From the NCBI GenBank assembly GCA_944358695.1, contig CALVRM010000018.1, positions 1 to 58,099 on the forward strand: 58,099 nt of DNA, given 5' to 3'. This stretch comes from an uncultured Bacilli bacterium (GTDB lineage Bacteria; Bacillota_I; Bacilli_A; RF39; UBA660). The number at the start of each line of letters is the position of its first letter. Position 1 is the first letter of the stretch. The position numbers and the translations under genes are program-made. The notes beneath the pieces were generated by a model. The model ran no database searches and was not told the DNA's origin. It saw nothing but the letters and a program-made list of their open reading frames with translations. Positions 1 through 9,163 of this stretch are shown here, in pieces.

Positions 1-948
1 TCAGAAGAGGATGCAAGAAAGTTTGCTAATTTAGAGCAAAATCAAGATTTGTTTGAGAATTGGGCAAGAAATAATGGATTTTCAGAAGTAATTAATGACA
101 GACAAATGGTAACTTCAGACGATGCTAAAGCCGTCTATATTGATTCGTTAAAATCAGCTGGGATGTCAGAAGAAGTTACCCCTAGTGCTTTTGCTATACA
201 TCTTTATGCTGATGGAAATAATCCAGTGTTTGAAACTTTAGAAGATGCAATGGCTTATGCTGCTGCACATCCTGAATTAGAAGAAGAGTGGACAAAAAAT
301 AATGAAGTACAAGATAATATAAAGGATGAATTTGATCCATCACATGCGCTTTCACCAGGGGATGAAATACCACCTGCATCAGCACAAATGGGTGAAAGTA
401 AGCCGGCTAATGAAAAATTAACTACACGTTTTAAAGAGTGGTTTAAGAGGAATTGGAGGACAGTAGTGGCTTTAGCTGTTGGAGTAGTTGTAACTGCTGT
501 GGCATTCGATGCTGTTGGTGGTTTTGATGCTTTAGCTCAAATGCTTAGTAATGGGTCACCGGTGTTGGAAAATTCAGGAACTAGTGTTGAGACAATAAAT
601 GCTGTTCAGAATTTTACTTCGCCAGGGCCAGAAATGTTTAATTCAAACGTTGATACATCACAACTGAATAATATATATAGTGATGCTTACAGCGCTTCAG
701 CAGGGGTTAATGGGCTAAATTTTGATCAAAGTGTTGATCAAGTATATATTGGAGATTTCTTTAATCCTGAGACTGGACAATATGCGGGGGTAGATACTAG
801 TAATCTGACACAGGAACAGGTCCAACAATTAATAAATGAAGGTTATGATATTCCTTTATATACGAATGATCCGAGCATGATGGCGGCAGATGGAAATACA
901 ATTGCTAATGCCAACGCAGCAACAGGATTTGGCGGACCTATGAGGTAG
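1..948 (+). CDS. Hypothetical membrane-anchored protein, 5'-truncated by the window edge
   Basis: Frame 1 is open from base 1 to TAG at 948. Acidic N-part, basic stretch followed by a hydrophobic helix (WRTVVALAVGVVVTAVAF), and an N/S/T-rich C-part. Confidence 0.7.
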   Translation, partial: SEEDARKFANLEQNQDLFENWARNNGFSEVINDRQMVTSDDAKAVYIDSLKSAGMSEEVTPSAFAIHLYADGNNPVFETLEDAMAYAAAHPELEEEWTKNNEVQDNIKDEFDPSHALSPGDEIPPASAQMGESKPANEKLTTRFKEWFKRNWRTVVALAVGVVVTAVAFDAVGGFDALAQMLSNGSPVLENSGTSVETINAVQNFTSPGPEMFNSNVDTSQLNNIYSDAYSASAGVNGLNFDQSVDQVYIGDFFNPETGQYAGVDTSNLTQEQVQQLINEGYDIPLYTNDPSMMAADGNTIANANAATGFGGPMR

Positions 949-949
949 A

Positions 950-1255
950 TTGGAGAATTATATGAATAATGAGGGTTATAAAGTAGTTAAACTAGCAGAT
1001 GGAACGAAGTGGTTTGTTACTTCTGAAGTAGTATATCAAAATGGTAAATATCAATATATGATTGGCTTGAATGAAACTGAAGATGATTTTCTTGAAAAAG
1101 CACAAGTTATGAGAGTCTATCATTATCAAAATCAGGATTATTTTGATTTAGTTAAGGATCAAGAATTATTAAAAATTCTTGTGCCAATGTTAATGCCGGA
1201 TGCTAAACCTTATATTGATAATCCAGATAAGCTTAAAGAACTAATGGAAGATTAG
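950..1255 (+). CDS. Small hypothetical protein, loosely DUF1292-like
   Basis: Directly follows the upstream stop. 101-aa ORF with a beta-rich N-half and an acidic helical C-end; start could be ATG 962. Confidence 0.6.
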   Translation: MENYMNNEGYKVVKLADGTKWFVTSEVVYQNGKYQYMIGLNETEDDFLEKAQVMRVYHYQNQDYFDLVKDQELLKILVPMLMPDAKPYIDNPDKLKELMED

Positions 1256-1315
1256 TTCTTTTCTATTGCATTGATAACGAGAAACTAGTATAATGATAAT
1301 AGTAGGGGGATCTTT

Positions 1316-3562
1316 ATGCGAGTAAATGATAAAGCAATAATGGAATATATGTATATGGTTGGTAAAAAGTTAACGAAGGAGGAACTGCGCAAAAAATTAG
1401 GCGTTTCTGGGGAATCTGATGTTGACTTTTTTAATTCACAAATTACTGTTTTAGAGGAATCTGGGCAATTATATTTAGATGATGATGGCTTTTATCATAT
1501 TTTTGATGATCACTTAGTTTATTCGTATGGAAAAATATTTATTTCACAGCGTGGAGATGGATATGTGCGTGTATCCTCCGATGGTACAACGAAAAATTAT
1601 ATGATTAGAAATAAGGACTTAAATGGCGCGCTTCCTAATGATTATGTTCTTATTAGTGGTGGCGAAAAAGGTTATTATGGTCATCAATTTGCCGAAGTAG
1701 TAAAAATTTTAAAACGTAATAGCTTTAAAGAATTATTTAAATATATGGGTGATGGCTTATTTAGTTTATATGGAGTTAGATCGAATGTCAATTTTATGGT
1801 CAATAAAAGAGAAAGCGATAAACTAGGAATAGGGGCTTTGGTTTTAGCATCCGTTGGTAATAAAGTGGTAAGCATTGACGATGGAAAAATATTTTTTGAT
1901 GGAAATGTGGAAAAGGTCGCTGGGCACTGTGATGATCCAAAGGCACAAATAATTGCGCTTGGTTATAAATATGGATTTGATCATAATTTCTCTAAAAAAG
2001 TATATAGTATAGTTGAGACTTTGCCTTCTTTTGTCAGTGAGAATGAACTTGATGGTCGCTGTGATTTAAGAGGAGAGAAAATCTTTACAATTGATGGCGC
2101 TGATACTAAAGATATAGATGATGCAGTTTCTATTACCAAAAAAGATGGTCATTATATAGTTAAAGTGAGTATTGCTGATGTTTCTTATTATGTTAAAGAT
2201 CATCCAGAACTTGTCGAAGAAGCTATTAGAAGAGGCAATTCCGCTTACTTAGCTGATTCAGTATTTCCAATGCTTCCACATTCAATGTCTAATGGTATTT
2301 GTTCATTAAATCCAGGAGAAGATAGATTAGCTAAAACGGTAGAAATGATTTTTGATGAAGACGGTAGGGTTGTTTCTTCTACTGTTTATCGGAGTGTTAT
2401 TAATTCTAAAAAGCAGATGCGCTATGAAGACGTTAATAGAATTTTTGCGGGTGAGCATGTAGATGGATATGAATCTTTTGAAAATGAACTGATGTTAATG
2501 CGTAAATTATCAAGAAAAATTAGTAAGAATCGTAATCATAAGGGTAGTTTAGTTTTTGGAAGCCGGGAAAATAAGATTAAAACTGATGGTAGTGGAGAAG
2601 CTTTGGATTTTAAAAAGTCGGTTCCTGGTGAGGCTGAAAAAATTATTGAGAATTTTATGATAGCAGCTAATATCGAATTTATAGATAATTTTGCTTATCT
2701 TGGTTATCCTTTTATTTATCGAGTTCATGAAGAGCCTGATAAAACTAAATTAAAGGCGACATTATTAATTTTAAAAGAGCAAGGGTTATGCACTAGTGCA
2801 GCGGTTGATGAATTGCTTAAAATTATTGAACTTGATAAAAAAATTAGACCACAGAATTTGTTTCCAATTTTGAATTCAATAAAAGATGAAACTTATTATG
2901 AAGCGGTCTCAACGCTTTTGTTAAGATCGATGAAAAAGGCTTTTTATTCACCTTGTGAGATTGGTCATTTTGGATTAGCAGAAGATAGTTATGCTCATTT
3001 AACCTCACCGATCAGAAGATGTTCAGATTTAATTAATCATATTGTTATGGATTATGCAATAGATCTTAATCAACATGCTGATGATGCTGTACAATCGGCT
3101 ATGATTCTTAGTAAATTAGACGAAATTCAAAAACATATTTTAGGGATTTGTGAACAAATTTCTGAACGTGAAGTAGCAGCCGATGATGCTGAAAGAGAAG
3201 TTGAAAAACTTATGCAAGTTCAATATTTTATTTCCAATATTCGAGATTTTGAAGGACCAATAAGCGCAAGAATTCAAGCGATGAATAAGCTAGGAATGAC
3301 GGTTATGGTTGATGATTTAATTACAGCTAAGGTAGATGCAGTTGATTTGGCTGATAATGGGTATTCGTATATGCAAGAAAGTCATACGTTTGTTGATAGT
3401 GCTAAAAAAGAAAAATTTACTTTGGGCGATGATGTATACGTGTTTGATCCAGAACCATCAATTGAAATGAAGAGAATTGAATATCATTCTATTGGCCATC
3501 GACCTGAAGATATTATGGATATTCAGAAACAAAGAGTTTATAGAAAAAGTGTTAAATTATAA
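1316..3562 (+). CDS. rnr: Divergent RNase R / RNB-family 3'-5' exoribonuclease
   Basis: RNB motifs FTIDGADTKDIDDA, IADVSYYV, IENFMIAAN, YRVHEEP, GHFGLA and HLTSPIRR; cold-shock-like region (LNGALPNDYV); RBS AGGGGG. Confidence 0.85.
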   Translation: MRVNDKAIMEYMYMVGKKLTKEELRKKLGVSGESDVDFFNSQITVLEESGQLYLDDDGFYHIFDDHLVYSYGKIFISQRGDGYVRVSSDGTTKNYMIRNKDLNGALPNDYVLISGGEKGYYGHQFAEVVKILKRNSFKELFKYMGDGLFSLYGVRSNVNFMVNKRESDKLGIGALVLASVGNKVVSIDDGKIFFDGNVEKVAGHCDDPKAQIIALGYKYGFDHNFSKKVYSIVETLPSFVSENELDGRCDLRGEKIFTIDGADTKDIDDAVSITKKDGHYIVKVSIADVSYYVKDHPELVEEAIRRGNSAYLADSVFPMLPHSMSNGICSLNPGEDRLAKTVEMIFDEDGRVVSSTVYRSVINSKKQMRYEDVNRIFAGEHVDGYESFENELMLMRKLSRKISKNRNHKGSLVFGSRENKIKTDGSGEALDFKKSVPGEAEKIIENFMIAANIEFIDNFAYLGYPFIYRVHEEPDKTKLKATLLILKEQGLCTSAAVDELLKIIELDKKIRPQNLFPILNSIKDETYYEAVSTLLLRSMKKAFYSPCEIGHFGLAEDSYAHLTSPIRRCSDLINHIVMDYAIDLNQHADDAVQSAMILSKLDEIQKHILGICEQISEREVAADDAEREVEKLMQVQYFISNIRDFEGPISARIQAMNKLGMTVMVDDLITAKVDAVDLADNGYSYMQESHTFVDSAKKEKFTLGDDVYVFDPEPSIEMKRIEYHSIGHRPEDIMDIQKQRVYRKSVKL

Positions 3563-3773
3563 CGCTTTTTTTGTATTGTAAAGGGAAAAGAGTTGACACT
3601 TTTATGATTGTGAATCACTGTATATCTTTCTAAAATATTACTTTGGTTTTAGTAATAAAACGCATTCTTTTGTGTGTGAACAACACAAAAAGGGTGTCAA
3701 ATAAAAAAATTAAAAATAAAACGGCGTGATTTAGTCTTTATCCGAACAAGGGTATGTGTTATAATAAAAATAG

Positions 3774-6700
3774 GTGGTTAATGTGCAGGATAAATTAGAA
3801 CTATTATTGGAGCAGATTAAGCTTCCAAGTGAAACTCATAAATATTTTAAAAACGGAAAATTAAGAAAAATTATATGCAATAAAAATAAAGATAATTATG
3901 TATTTTTAATCGCGCTAGAGGCCGTTTTACCTTTAGGGGTTTTTTTTGATTTTAATAAACATTTAAAAGAAAGCTTTAAATGTGCGCAACATGTATCAGC
4001 GCAGTTTAATTGTTCTTCTTTTGCGGTCGAGGATGTAGCTGATTATTATAGATATTATTTAAAAGAATATAGTAAAAATGCTCCATTATTGGAAATTTTT
4101 GTTAATAGTAGTTTAGAACTTGATGAAAAACAGTTGATAATTGAAGTAGCTAATACAGCTGAAGAAATGAAATTTAGTAGTATTTTAGAAGACCTAGAAA
4201 CGAAACTTAATAACGCGGGATTTGATATTAAAATAAAGATTATCATTGATGAAGAACGTTCAGAGGAGATTCGTAAAGAAATTGAACTTTCTAAAACTAG
4301 TGAAGTACCGAAAATACCTAAAAAGGAAAGTCCAATTATTATGGGAAGAGAAATTAAAAGTAAGGTTATGGATATAAGTAATTTGACTTTTGAGTTGGAT
4401 GATGTGGTAATTGAAGCAAAAGTATTTGGCAAAGATTTATTTGAATCACCGAAAAGTGATTTTAAGATAATAACTTTAAAGCTTTATGATGGTACAGATA
4501 GTATGTATTGTAAAATTTTTTGCCGTGATTCTGAAGATTTTCATAAATTTGATAAGCGACTTAAAGAAGGGACTTATTATAAAATTAGGGGTTATACCAA
4601 AAATGATAAATATTCTGGTGAGATTGTTTTAAATGCTAGGGATATAAATACATCTTCTAAACAAGACGAAGTTAGAAAAGATGAAGCTGCGGAAAAAAGA
4701 GTTGAACTACATGCGCATACTAAAATGAGTCAAATGGATGGTATTACAGGCGCAAAGGATTTAATAAAAACGGCGTATGCTTGGGGACATAAGGCCGTAG
4801 CAATTACTGATCATAATGGTGTTCAATCGTTTCCTGATGTTTATCATACGGTTTGTGATATTAATAAGAAAAGTGAAGGTGAGCCATTTAAAGCTTTGTA
4901 TGGTACGGAATTAACGTTGATTGATGATTCCGTCGATATTGTTTTAAGACCAACTGATGATGAATTACTTAAAACTACTTATGTTGTTTTTGACTTTGAA
5001 ACTACTGGTTTTAATGCTGGTGGTGCTGACTCAATTATTGAGGTTGGAGCAGTTAAGATTTGCAATGGAGAAATCATTGATAGATTTTCGGAATTGATTG
5101 ATCCAGGAAGAAAGCTGCCGGCTAAAATTACAGAGATTACTAATATTACTGATGAAATGTTAGCTGGTAAAGATAATGAAGAAATAGTAATTGGTCGTTT
5201 TAAAGAGTGGTTTGGTGATTTACCAGTGGTTGCCCATAATGCGAAATTTGATATTTCGTTTTTAAAAATGGCGTATGAAAAATATGGTCTTGGTGAATTT
5301 AATAATACAGTTATTGATACTTTAGAACTATCTAGGACATTAGATAATAATTTTGCTCGTCATGGGTTATCCGCATTAGTTAAGCGTTATGAGGTGCCTT
5401 GGGAAGAAGATGCACATCACCGTGCGGATTATGATGCGGAAGGGACAGCTTTAGTTTTTCATAAAATGCTTAAGAAACTAGAATCACGTAATTTTGAGAA
5501 AATTAGCGACTTAGATAAATTGGTGTCAAGAGATGAAATTTATAAATATGGTACGGCTTATCATGTTAATTTGATTGCTTTGAATAGAGTTGGATTAAAA
5601 AATTTATTTAAGATCGTATCGCTAGCTAATACTAAATACTTATATAAAACACCGAGAATCTTACGTAGTGAGATTACGAAATACCGTGAAGGATTGTTAG
5701 TTGGTAGTGGTTGTTATGAAAGTGAAATATTTAGGCAGGCTAGAAGCAAGTCTGACGAAGAGTTATCTAATTTAATTAATTTTTATGATTATGTGGAAGT
5801 GCAACCGATTGATGTTTATGATCATTTAATTCAAATGAATGATTTTGGTAATAAAGCAGAACTTATAGAACATCTTAAAAAAATTATTAGGGTTACTAAA
5901 GAAGCGGGTAAGATTATTGTGGCTACTGGTGATGTACATCATTTGCATCCTGATGACCGTATTTATAGAGAAATAATTGTTAATCAAAAAGTTCCAGGAG
6001 GCGGACGTCATCCACTTTCTAGAAAAAATATTACCCAAATACCTAATCAGTATTTTAGAACAACAGATGAGATGCTGGAGGCTTTTAGTTTCTTATCTGA
6101 TGAACAAGCGCATGAATTAGTCATCGACAATCCAAATAGGATTGCAGATATGGCAGAGGTTATTGAGGTTATTATTGAAACTGGCGGTATTCCATTTGCC
6201 CCAAAGATTGAAAATTCAGTGGGACAAACTTTGGATTTGGTGTATGGGAAGGCTAAAGAAGTTTATGGCGATCCTCTTCCTTATTTAATTGAAGAGCGTT
6301 TGGCTAGTGAATTATATGGTGAAGAACCGTTTAAAATAATTAAAGAAGAAACATCTTCTGAGGGTTTATCAGAAGATGAGTATAATAAAATTATTTATAA
6401 TAAATTACACGAACTGATGCTTGCTGGTGATGAAGCAGTTAAGGAATTAGTTGGTAATTATATTAGAAAAAAAAGCGATAAAGAATTAACTGTTGAAGAG
6501 GTAGATAAAGAAGTCAATTCTAAATTGACAGCAATTATTGGAGCAAATTTTGATGTTATTTATTTAATTGCGCAAAAGCTGGTTAAAAAATCAAACGATG
6601 ATGGTTATTTAGTTGGTTCTCGTGGCTCAGTCGGTTCGTCTTTTGTAGCAACGATGATGGGAATCACTGAAGTAAATCCCCTTCCTCCGCATTATGTGTG

Positions 6701-8315
6701 CCCCGAATGCAAGCATAGTATATTTGAATTAGACGGAGAAGCTTTGGGCAGCAATTATGCAAGCGGATATGATTTGCCCGACTATAAATGTCCGAAGTGT
6801 GGTCATAAAATGAATAAAGATGGTCATGATATGCCGTTTGCCACTTTCTTAGGTTTTCATGCTGATAAGGTTCCAGATATTGATTTGAACTTTTCGGATT
6901 TAAATCAAGCAGCAGCTCATGAGTATACAAAAGTTTTATTTGGCGAGGATAATGTTTATCGAGCCGGAACGATTGGTACAGTAGCTGATAAAACAGCATT
7001 TGGTTATGTTAAGGGGTATTGTGAAGATAAGGGCATTATGATGAGAACAGCTGAAGTTGAACGTTTGGCTAAAGGCTGCACCGGTGTTAAGAGGACAACT
7101 GGACAACATCCAGGTGGAATTGTAGTTATTCCAGGATATATGGATGTCTTTGATTTTACACCTTTTCAATATCCAGCTGACGATGTAAATTCAGCTTGGC
7201 GTACAACGCATTTTGATTATCATGCTATCGATCAGGATGTTTTGAAATTGGATATTTTAGGACATTCTGGACCTACTAAATTACGGATGATACAAGATTT
7301 AACGGGTATTGATGTTACAACAGTACCACTTGATGATAAAGAAACTATGGAGATATTTGTATCTACTAAACCGCTTGGAGTAACACCTGATCAAATTATG
7401 TCCGAAGTTGGAACGTTAGGTATTCCAGAGTTTGGAACGCCCTTTACAATTGGCATGGTTAAAGAGACTAAACCAAAAACGTTTGCTGAACTTACTAAAA
7501 TTTCAGGACTTTCCCATGGTACCGATGTTTGGAATGGTAATGCTAAAGATTTAATAGACAATAATATTGTGCCTTTTAGTGAAGTAATTGGATGTCGTGA
7601 TGATATCATGGTTTATTTGATGTATCATGGACTTCCAGCAATTAGAGCTTTTAAAATTATGGAATTTGTTCGTAAAGGTAAAGCCAGTAAACTTCCTGAA
7701 GAATGGGCTGAATATAAAAAAGAGTTGCAAGAAGCGGGAATTGATGATTGGTATATTAATTCATGTGAGAAAATTAAATACATGTTTCCGAAAGCTCATG
7801 CAGTAGCGTACGTTATTAACGCCTTTAGATTAGCGTATTTTAAGGTTCATCGCCCAGGAATATATTATGCTGCGCAATTTTCAGTAGAGTATGTTGATTT
7901 TGATATCGAATCAATGATTAAAGGCTATGATGCCGTTAGACAGAAAATGGTGGAAATTATGGAAAAAGGATATAGTGCGACTAATAAGGAAAGCAGCATA
8001 CTTGAATGTTTGAAACTTTCGTTAGAGGCTTTGGCACGTGGTATTACTTTTGGACCAATTGATATTAATAAAAGTGATGCTTTAAATTTTGTTTTAACTG
8101 AAGATGAAAAAACTTTAATTCCACCGTTTAGAGCAATTGATGGTCTTGGAGATGTTGTAGCTAAAAATATTGTAGCAGAACGTCAAAAAGCGCCTTTCCT
8201 TAGTATTGAAGATTTACAAAAACGAGCAAAAATATCTAGTACTTTAATTGAAAAAATGCGAATGATGGGCATTTTAGATGGAATGGATGAATCTAGTCAA
8301 TTAAGTTTATTTTAA
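3774..8315 (+). CDS. polC: DNA polymerase III PolC-type alpha subunit
   Basis: RVELHAHTKMSQMDG (PHP), VFDFETTG (exonuclease), GSRGSVGSS, CxxC zinc sites, KVPDIDLNFS, RTTGQHPGG, IKYMFPKAHA, C-terminal QLSLF clamp motif. Confidence 0.98.
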   Translation: MVNVQDKLELLLEQIKLPSETHKYFKNGKLRKIICNKNKDNYVFLIALEAVLPLGVFFDFNKHLKESFKCAQHVSAQFNCSSFAVEDVADYYRYYLKEYSKNAPLLEIFVNSSLELDEKQLIIEVANTAEEMKFSSILEDLETKLNNAGFDIKIKIIIDEERSEEIRKEIELSKTSEVPKIPKKESPIIMGREIKSKVMDISNLTFELDDVVIEAKVFGKDLFESPKSDFKIITLKLYDGTDSMYCKIFCRDSEDFHKFDKRLKEGTYYKIRGYTKNDKYSGEIVLNARDINTSSKQDEVRKDEAAEKRVELHAHTKMSQMDGITGAKDLIKTAYAWGHKAVAITDHNGVQSFPDVYHTVCDINKKSEGEPFKALYGTELTLIDDSVDIVLRPTDDELLKTTYVVFDFETTGFNAGGADSIIEVGAVKICNGEIIDRFSELIDPGRKLPAKITEITNITDEMLAGKDNEEIVIGRFKEWFGDLPVVAHNAKFDISFLKMAYEKYGLGEFNNTVIDTLELSRTLDNNFARHGLSALVKRYEVPWEEDAHHRADYDAEGTALVFHKMLKKLESRNFEKISDLDKLVSRDEIYKYGTAYHVNLIALNRVGLKNLFKIVSLANTKYLYKTPRILRSEITKYREGLLVGSGCYESEIFRQARSKSDEELSNLINFYDYVEVQPIDVYDHLIQMNDFGNKAELIEHLKKIIRVTKEAGKIIVATGDVHHLHPDDRIYREIIVNQKVPGGGRHPLSRKNITQIPNQYFRTTDEMLEAFSFLSDEQAHELVIDNPNRIADMAEVIEVIIETGGIPFAPKIENSVGQTLDLVYGKAKEVYGDPLPYLIEERLASELYGEEPFKIIKEETSSEGLSEDEYNKIIYNKLHELMLAGDEAVKELVGNYIRKKSDKELTVEEVDKEVNSKLTAIIGANFDVIYLIAQKLVKKSNDDGYLVGSRGSVGSSFVATMMGITEVNPLPPHYVCPECKHSIFELDGEALGSNYASGYDLPDYKCPKCGHKMNKDGHDMPFATFLGFHADKVPDIDLNFSDLNQAAAHEYTKVLFGEDNVYRAGTIGTVADKTAFGYVKGYCEDKGIMMRTAEVERLAKGCTGVKRTTGQHPGGIVVIPGYMDVFDFTPFQYPADDVNSAWRTTHFDYHAIDQDVLKLDILGHSGPTKLRMIQDLTGIDVTTVPLDDKETMEIFVSTKPLGVTPDQIMSEVGTLGIPEFGTPFTIGMVKETKPKTFAELTKISGLSHGTDVWNGNAKDLIDNNIVPFSEVIGCRDDIMVYLMYHGLPAIRAFKIMEFVRKGKASKLPEEWAEYKKELQEAGIDDWYINSCEKIKYMFPKAHAVAYVINAFRLAYFKVHRPGIYYAAQFSVEYVDFDIESMIKGYDAVRQKMVEIMEKGYSATNKESSILECLKLSLEALARGITFGPIDINKSDALNFVLTEDEKTLIPPFRAIDGLGDVVAKNIVAERQKAPFLSIEDLQKRAKISSTLIEKMRMMGILDGMDESSQLSLF

Positions 8316-8340
8316 CAACTGAATTGTTCAGTTGTTTTTT
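8314..8340 (+). terminator. Intrinsic terminator after polC
   Basis: aacaactgaa-ttg-ttcagttgtt hairpin followed by a T run. Confidence 0.75.
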
Positions 8341-8514
8341 ATAAAGAATAAATTGATTTTTGTGTACAATTTATTAAAGAAATTTAAAATAAAAATTTAA
8401 CGAAAATTTCTTTTTTAAATATGATATTTTATGATAAAATTTTATAAATTTGTTGTTACGAAAAAATAAAAAAAGTGTTATAATGAAAAGGTGCTTTTAG
8501 AAAGGAGAGATAAA

Positions 8515-8985
8515 ATGCCAAAAACAAAGAAAGAAAATTTTGTATTTGCTTTAATTATGTGTTTTTTTATGTGCGTTATTATGAGTGCTTATAATATGAT
8601 TTTACACAATGGTCTTTCTGGCAATACACTTGTTATTTGGTTTAAAAGTTTACCGATTACTTTTATTGTAGCTTTTATTATTAGCTATTTTATAGTAAAT
8701 CCCAATGCTAAAAAATTAAGTTTTATATTATCTAAAAATAAGCCACAACACACAGGCTTATTCATTACTTTATTCATGGTAATGGGAATGGTTTTACTGA
8801 TGGGATTTTATGGAACTATTGTTTCTGTTGGTTTTAATTCACATTTTATGGTTAATTATTTAAGAAATATTGTATTTTGTTTTATATTTGCTTTGCCACT
8901 TCAATTATTTATAGTTGGACCGATTGTTAGAGGAATATTTAGCAAGATAGTGAGCCTTAAATATATGCAAACAGAAAATGCTTAG
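8515..8985 (+). CDS. DUF2798-like four-helix membrane protein
   Basis: Two internally repeated hydrophobic hairpins (FALIMCFFMCVIMS / FIFALPLQLFIVGP). RBS AAGGAG precedes ATG 8515. Confidence 0.7.
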   Translation: MPKTKKENFVFALIMCFFMCVIMSAYNMILHNGLSGNTLVIWFKSLPITFIVAFIISYFIVNPNAKKLSFILSKNKPQHTGLFITLFMVMGMVLLMGFYGTIVSVGFNSHFMVNYLRNIVFCFIFALPLQLFIVGPIVRGIFSKIVSLKYMQTENA

Positions 8986-9010
8986 AGCATTTTTATTTTT
9001 TGGAATAGTT

Positions 9011-9056
9011 ACTAATAATAAAGTCACTTAGATGTTTAAGTGACTTTATTATTAGT
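9011..9056. repeat. Perfect 20-bp inverted repeat
   Basis: actaataataaagtcactta - gatgtt - taagtgactttattattagt. Confidence 0.9.
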
Positions 9057-9163
9057 TTTTAGTATATGTTTTTCGATGTTTGTATTTTATTATATTTATA
9101 GTGATTTTAAGTTTATAGTATAAATAATTTGTTAAAGGTGTTATAATTATAAAAGGTGATACA

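Noticed and set aside
6315-6527. PolC insertion as an intein
   Set aside because: Too short and lacks intein terminal residues.
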